Assembly (NCBI RefSeq): GCF_009914755.1
Contig: NC_060926.1
DNA from: the human T2T-CHM13v2.0 reference genome, Homo sapiens
DNA: 64,000 nucleotides
Direction: 5' to 3' (one strand)
Shown: piece after piece, positions 56,731 to 64,000 of the stretch
How the letters are laid out: each line of letters begins with the position of its first letter
How positions within the stretch are numbered: position 1 is the first letter of the stretch
Position numbers and translations under genes: made by a program
The notes under the pieces: generated by a model
Databases searched by the model: none
What the model was told of the DNA's origin: nothing
The model's input: only the letters and a program-made list of their open reading frames with translations

Positions 56731-58944
56731 AAAAAAAATTTACTTTAAGTTCTGGGATACATGTGCAGTATGTGCAGGTTTGCATAGGTATACCTATGTT
56801 TACATTGGTATACATGTGCCATGATTGTGTGCTGCACCTATTGATCTGTCCTCTAAGTTTTCTCCCCTTGCCTCCCACTCCCCCAGCAGGTCTTGTATTG
56901 TTTCCCTCCCTGTGTTAATGTGTTTTCATTGTTCAACTCCCACTTATGAGTGAGAACATGTGGTGTTCGGTTTTCTGTTCCTGTGTTAGTTTGCTGAGGA
57001 TGATGGCTTCCAGCTTCATCCATGTCCCTGCAGAGGACATGATCTCATTCTTTTTATGGCTGCATAATATTCCATAGTGTGTATGTACCACATTTTCTTT
57101 ATCCATCTATCATTGATGGGCATTTAGGTTGGTTCCATGTCTTTGCTATTGTAAATAGTGCTGCAATAAACATACGTGTGCATGTGTGTCTTTATTTTAG
57201 AATAATTTATATTCCTTTGGGTATATACCCAGTAATGGGATTGCTGGGTCAAATGGTATTTCTGGTTCTAGGTCCTTGAGGATTTGCCACACTGTCTTCC
57301 ACAATGGTTGAACTAATTTACATTCCCACCAACAGTGTGAAAGCATACCTATTTCTCCACAGCCTCACCAGCATCTGTTGTTCCTCGACAGTTTAATAAT
57401 TGCTATTCTGACTGGTGTGAGACAGCATCTCATTGTGGTTTCGATTTGCATTTCTTAAATGATCAGTGATGTTGAGCTTTTTTTCATATGTTTGTTGGCC
57501 GCATAAATGTCTCCTTTTGAGAAGTGTCTGTTCATATTCTTTGCCCACTTTTTGATGGGGTTGTTTGATGTTTTTCATGTAAATTTGTTTAAGTCCCTTG
57601 TGGATTCTGAATATTAGACCTTTGTCAGATGGGTAGATCGCTAACATCTCCCATTCTGTAGGTTGCCTGTTCACTCTAATGATAGTTTCTTTTGCTGTGC
57701 AGAAGCTCTTTAGTTTAATTAGATCCCGTTTGTCAATCTTGGCTTTTGTTGCATTTGCTCTTGGCATTTTCCTCATGAAGTCTTTGCCCATGCCTATGTT
57801 CTGAATGGTATTGCCTAGGTTTTCTTCTAGGGTTTTCATGGTTTTGGGTTTTACATTTAAGTCTTTAATCCATCTTGAGTTAATTTTCATATAAGGTGTA
57901 AGGAAGGGGTCCAGTTTCAATTTTCTACATATGGCTAGCCAGTTTTCCCAGTACCATTTACTGAATAGTGCCTTCCCCATTGCTTGTTTTTGACAGGTTT
58001 GTGTGGTATTATTTCTGAGGTCTCTGTTCTGTTCTATTGGTCTATATGTCTGTTTTGGTACCAGTACCATGCTGTTTTGGTTACAGTAGCCTTGTAGTAT
58101 AGTTTGAAGTCAGGTAGCGTGATGCCTCCAGCTTTGTTCTTTTTGCTTAGGATTGCCTTGGCTATATAGGCTCTTCTTTGGTTCCATATGAAATTTAAAG
58201 TAGTTTTTTCTAATTCTTTGAAGAATGTCCATGGTAGTCTGCCTAGTGAAGAGGGATGGGTCAGGGCAAGCCTGAAGAGGCACTCTGGTTGCAGTTTGCC
58301 ACAGCTGGTGTGTTGGGCTGTGGGGGACACCTCTTGGGAACAAGCTGTCCAGCCTCCCTGGCTCCAGCAGGGGAAAAATACGGCCTGAAGCTTAGAAATG
58401 GCTGCCACCCTTCCCCTTCCCAGGGAACGTAGTGTCTTAGGCAGCTTTCAGTCCCAGTGCTGGCTGCTGCCCCTTCCCCAAGGAGCTCAAATGGCTTAGA
58501 CAGCAGGCAGATGCAGCTGTGGTGCTGGTCACCCCTCCCCACTGGGAACTCAGCAGGCTTAAGCAGATTCTAGCTGAGAGGCTGTTGAGAATCTGTGCAG
58601 CTCCAGGGGTGGGACCCTAGGACCCGGTGGCATGGGTTCACGAGTGGAATCTTCCAATCCATGGGTTGCACAGTTCCGTGGAAAAAGCACAGTTTCCCTG
58701 GCTGGGCAGCATGCTCACTCACTGCCTCCCTTGGCTAGGGGGTGGGGGGCTGTGGGTCTCAAGTGGGCTGCCACATCAAGTTGCTCTTCCTTCCTCTTTG
58801 TGGGTCATACCAGCTACCTAGTCAGTTCTAATGACAGAATCTGGATATGTTAGTTGCTGGGCAGGATTTACATGCTATGGTTCTTTTTGATGGAAGCTTC
58901 CTGTAGTGGCTGCTTCTAGTTGGCCATCTTGGCCCTATCCCCCA
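56731..58944 (-). mobile_element. L1PA (about PA8-10) with both termini and a large internal deletion, nested in L1MA
   Basis: TSD gctctcatttt at 56720-56730 and 58945-58955; 5' end with YY1 box (gccatcttggcc on +); 5'UTR joined to ORF2 C-terminus at about 58238. Confidence 0.9.
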
Positions 58945-59177
58945 GCTCTCATTTTCATTATTTCTCTCATTCTACTTATTTTGGGTTTGATTTGTTGTTT
59001 TTCTAGCTTCTTAAGGTGCATCATTAGATTATTTATTATCTTTATGCTTTTTAAATACAAGCATTTATTGCTATAAACTTTCCTCTTAGCACTGCTTTTG
59101 CTGTATTCCATAGGTTTTGGTATTTTGTGTTTCAGTAAATGTTTTTTACTTCCTCCTTAATTTCTTCCTTGACCTAA

Positions 59178-59594
<417 letters not shown>

Positions 59595-61218
59595 TGATTT
59601 CAATTATTTCCTTTAAGTTTTAAAAATTTGTGAAGACTTGTTCTGTGTCCTAACATATGGTCTGTCTTGGAGAATGTTTCATGTACTGATGAGAAAAATT
59701 ATATATTCTATAGTTGTTAGATAAAATGTTCTGTAAATATCTATTAGGTCCATTTGGTCTAATGTGCAGTTTAAATCCAATATTTCTTTTGAATTTCTGT
59801 CTAGATGATCTATCTTATGCTAAGAGTGGGCTGTTAAAGCCCTCAACTATTATTGTATTAAAGTCTGTGTCTCTTTTTAGATCTACTAATATTTGCTTTA
59901 TGTATCTGCGTATTCTGGTGTTAAGTGCATCTTCTTCTTACTTTTTTTTTGACATAAAGTCTGTTTTATCTGATACAAGTGTAACTACTCCTGTTGTCTT
60001 TTGGTTTCCATTTATATGGAATTTTTTTCCACCCCCTTTCTTTCAGTTTATGTTTTATTTTATTTTTTTCCAGGTGAGATGGTTTCTTTTAGGCAGCATA
60101 TAGTTGGGTCACTGAAAAAAATCCATTCAGATAGTCTGTATTATTTAAGTGAAAAGTTCAATCCATTTACATTCAAAGATATTATTGGCATGTGAGGGTT
60201 ATTTCCTGTCATTTTATTAATTGCTTCCTGGTTGCTTTGTATATTCTTTGTTTCTTTCTCTTTTGTTTATTATTGCAGTTTAGTGGTTTTCTATAGTAGT
60301 AACATTTGAGTCCCTTCTTTTCCTTATTTGTGTGTTTTCTCTATCAGTGGATTTTATACTTTTGTGTGTTTTCATAACGTTATATATCGTCTTTTTGCTT
60401 CCAGATGTAGGATTCCCTTAGCATTTCTTGTAGGCCCAGTCTAGTGGTGGTAAATTATCTGTTTTTGTTTGTCTGGAAAAGACTTAATTTTTCTTTTAGT
60501 TATAAGGGCTAACCTTGATGGGTGTAGTATCCTTGGCTGAAAGTTTTTTCTTTCAACACTTTAATATGTAATCCCATTTTCTCCTGACCTGTAAGGTTTC
60601 TGTGGAGAAATCCGCTGTTGGTCAGGTGGGAGTTCCCTTATAAGTGGCTACATGCTTTTCTTTTGCTCTTTTTAGAATTCTTTCTTTGTCTTTGACTTTT
60701 GACAGTTTGAGCATAATGTGTCATGCGGAAGATCTTTTTGAATTGTATCTGTTTGGGGGTCTCTTAGCATCTTGTATCTGGATGTCTAAATTTGTTGTTA
60801 GTAGACTTGGAACTTTTTATTATTTAGTTATGTGGGTTTTCTAACTATTTTATTTTCTCTTCACCTTCTGTGACACTGAAAATTTGAATATTTGGTTGCT
60901 CTATGGTCTCTCATATGTCATTTAGGCTTTGTTCATTTTTTTAAATCCTTTTTTTTTATTTTTGTCTGACTTGGTTATTTCAAAAAGACCTGTCTTTATG
61001 TCAAGTTATTCCTTCTGCTTGATCTAGTTTATTGTTGAAGGTTTCAAATGTATTTTTAATTTCATTTAATAAATTCTTCATTTCCAGATTTTCTGTTTGG
61101 TTCCTTTTTATGATATCTAGCTCTTCACAAAATTTCTCATTCTGAATTATTTTTCTTATTTCTTAGTTTTTTTTGTATTCTCTTATACTGAGTTTCTTTA
61201 ATATTATTATTATTTTGA

Positions 61219-61498
61219 TTTTTTTTTTTTGAGTCAGGATCTCTGTTGCCTAGGCTGAGTGCAGTGGCAGTCATGGCTTATATTAACCTCGACCTCCCAG
61301 GCTCAAGCAACCCTTCCACCTCAGCCTCTCAAGTAGCTGGGACCATAGGCATGCACCACCATGCCTGGCTAATTTTTTTGTAGAGACAGGATCTCCCTAT
61401 GTTGCCTAGGCTGGTCTCAAACTCCTGGGCTTAAATGGTTCTCTTGCCTAGGCCTCCCAATGTGCTGGGATTATAGGCATGAGCCACTGCACCTGGCT
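61219..61498 (-). mobile_element. AluJ nested in L1MA
   Basis: AluJ variants ('aacctcgacctcccaggctcaagc'); TSD ttattattttga on both sides. Confidence 0.9.
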
Positions 61499-64000
61499 CA
61501 ATGTTATTATTTTGAATGATTTTTCCAGGATTTCATACATTTCTTTTTGATTATAATCTGTTGCTAGAGAATTACTGTGTTTCTTTGGAGGTGTCATATT
61601 TCTTTGCTTTTTCATAATTCCTGTATTTTTACATTGCTATCTGCACATCTGATGTGACAATCATGTCTTCAAAAATTCTTTTGTATTTGCTTTGGTAGGG
61701 GAGAACTTTTTCCTGAATATATGTCTATGACATGGGTTTGGTAGAGCACTTTGGTTTTGATGCATGCAGTAGTGTAGTCTTTGTATGAGTTTGTTGGCTA
61801 TAACCACTGTCAGTAGTGTACATGAGTTCCTCAGTGCCTCAGGGTGCAATGGTTAGTGGAGGCTCTGATGAAGGTTTGCTGGGGACAGGGATGCCAGGTG
61901 AATTTGTCCTCAGGTTCCAATGGTGGCAGTTGTTGGCTGAGCATGCCTGTCCTTGGGCTCCAGGGTGGCATATGCTGGTACTGGTGTTAGTGGGTCCAGG
62001 TTGCCAATTCTTGAGCTTTCAGACAGCTTGCTTGGGTGCCGTTAGTGGCAGTGGTGGGCCAGGTGGGTACGCAGATTCTCAAGCCTGTGGGCAGCAGGCA
62101 TAGTGCATGTATTAGCAGTAGCAGTGGCAGAACAATTATATGGCTCCTAAGTGGTCCATGTTGGTGTTGGCAGTTGCTGTGAAAGGATGGGCAGGCCAGT
62201 CCTCAGGCCTGCAGGAGGTATGTGCAGGCGATGTCAACTGTGGTGGTAGTGGCAGGTTGGGAAGGCCTGACCTCAGGTCCCCAGAAGGAGTGCTTCGGTG
62301 CCAATGATGGAGGACTGGGCTGGGCAGTCCCCAGGCCCCTGATGGCATGCTCAGGCACTGGGGAGGCAGAAACTGGCCTAGCAGACCTGTTCTCAGGCCT
62401 CTTGGTGATGTGCACAGGTGCTGGCTATGTATGTGACCCTGCTACTGGGGAGGGCAGGGTTCTTCTCAGTGGCAGCAGCTATCTGTAGGTGCCTGGGGAG
62501 CATGCGCTTCACTTGCCCTTTGGCCATAGGCAGTGGCAGCCTGCAGTGATGGTGGCTGCAGTTGGGGAGTTTGTCCTTGAGGTGTGTAAAAATGCATGGT
62601 GGTTTCTCTGCTGGGGGCAGCAGGGTCATTGCCAATGGCTCTCAATTCAGCCCTGGCAGAAGCGTCAGTCAAGGCAGTGGCGACAGGTGGGGAATGTCAA
62701 TGAGGATCTAGGGAGGTGGAGATGCAGAGCTGTTGGGCTTGCAGGCAGGATTCAGTCTTTTGGTGGCTGGATCACCATATGGCACTTTGCTGTAGCTACT
62801 TAGGGCTCAGGGCGTGTGGGAGCCAGCATGGGTCCCCTCTCTGGAGCAATGCCATCCTGTGTCCTTCAGGCAGCTCCCCATGTTAGTCTCAGGGTTTATG
62901 TGGTTTGAAGGCTCTCCCATGGCTAGGATTGCAGGATTCCGCAGTGGAAATGTGGACCACTGAAGTTTGCTCACTTACCCTTTCCCCACATTGGGCTCCC
63001 AGTAGATCCTGGCCAAGCGGGCTGCCCTGTTTTCCTCTCCTTCCTTGCTTTAGGTGTTTGTTGTCACTTCTCCATTGAATTCCAGTGTTCTTTCTTAGAT
63101 GATCTATTTGAAGTGTGATTATCTACTCACCATTTTTTTCTTTGTGACGGAGGCAAGTACCAGATGCCTGATGTCATTAAAATTTTAATTGAAGAAAATG
63201 TAGTGCCTGAAGGATTAAAATGAAAAGAAATAGAGGATAAAATGAGATTTGAAAAAACAGAAATTACTAGTGAGCCAAATATATCCCAACTTCTAGGCAG
63301 GGACACATACCGACATCCTCATAAGGAACACAGAAACTTTGATCTTTCATTAGAGTTAATGTTTTCAGGCTGATTTTTAAACTATGGCAGTCTCTTTGCA
63401 AAGACTGAAATCTGAAAGTTGCTTCTTGTGCTGATCTGAAAGATATGAACTGACTTTTTTTTTAATTTTCAAAAGGCATGTCCTTTGTTGTTCTAGAAAT
63501 AATAACAAAAGTAATATCTTAATGTCAAGCAGTCCTTACTTCTATATACTCAGCATTTCCAGCCCTGTGTTTTTTTTACCATACATAGTCTACACTAGGG
63601 TCACTGGGAAGTTGATGTGCTTCTGAAAAGTAGTGTGCAGATAGCTTTTGGCAAATCTTAACATTTGAAAAATATCCTGGGTGACTTTTTTATTTAAGGA
63701 AATTAAGTGGTTAGTTGTTTTGTTAAATGAGTAGTTAATGCTGCAATTTATCTTTTGAGTGTAATGTTTGTACTTTGTAGTTCCCTTATATGTAAGTGAC
63801 CTCAGTAGACAGTAGACACATCTCTTCTTTATTTTCTTCCCAGGGACTTCTTCTTTCTTCCTAGTCATTTATGGCTGTCACATCTTGGGCTAACAAGATG
63901 AGATAACTGATTGGTTCACTGTGGTGTCCCATTCCGCCATCTATGACCCCCATCCAGTTATCTTCCATGTTGGCCTTTGGGTGGGCTAGAACATGGAAGG

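Noticed and set aside
57393-58070. Longest ORF (225 aa)
   Set aside because: Frameshifted L1 ORF2 C-terminal remnant
61750-63050. GC-rich block with many overlapping ORFs, possible gene or CpG island
   Set aside because: CpG-depleted old L1 5'UTR

Overview
Repeat-rich, CpG-poor, non-coding DNA from a catarrhine primate, probably human or ape, based on AluJ/S/Y, L1PA and a HERV-W retrocopy. I found no credible protein-coding exon, RNA gene or CpG island. The long ORFs are Alu, L1 or HERV-W fragments, or chance. Main structures: (1) a 5'-truncated, polyadenylated HERV-W env/LTR17 retrocopy (43863-45264) carrying a perfect in-frame 141-bp tandem duplication of the furin site, fusion peptide and start of HR1; (2) a near full-length old L1MA (about 53630-63170, minus strand) containing two Alus and a TSD-flanked L1PA that keeps both ends but lacks about 4 kb internally; (3) a TSD-flanked L1PA 3' fragment with a nested Alu; (4) MADE1, MER47, MER81, MER5, MER21, MLT1, L2, L3 and many MIR relics; (5) repeat-free blocks dense in homeodomain, TCF, SOX and POU motifs plus a consensus CTCF site, suggesting a developmental enhancer landscape (gene desert or lncRNA intron). 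Locus identity was not established. Subfamily calls are by eye from remembered consensus sequences, and boundaries of old repeats are approximate.
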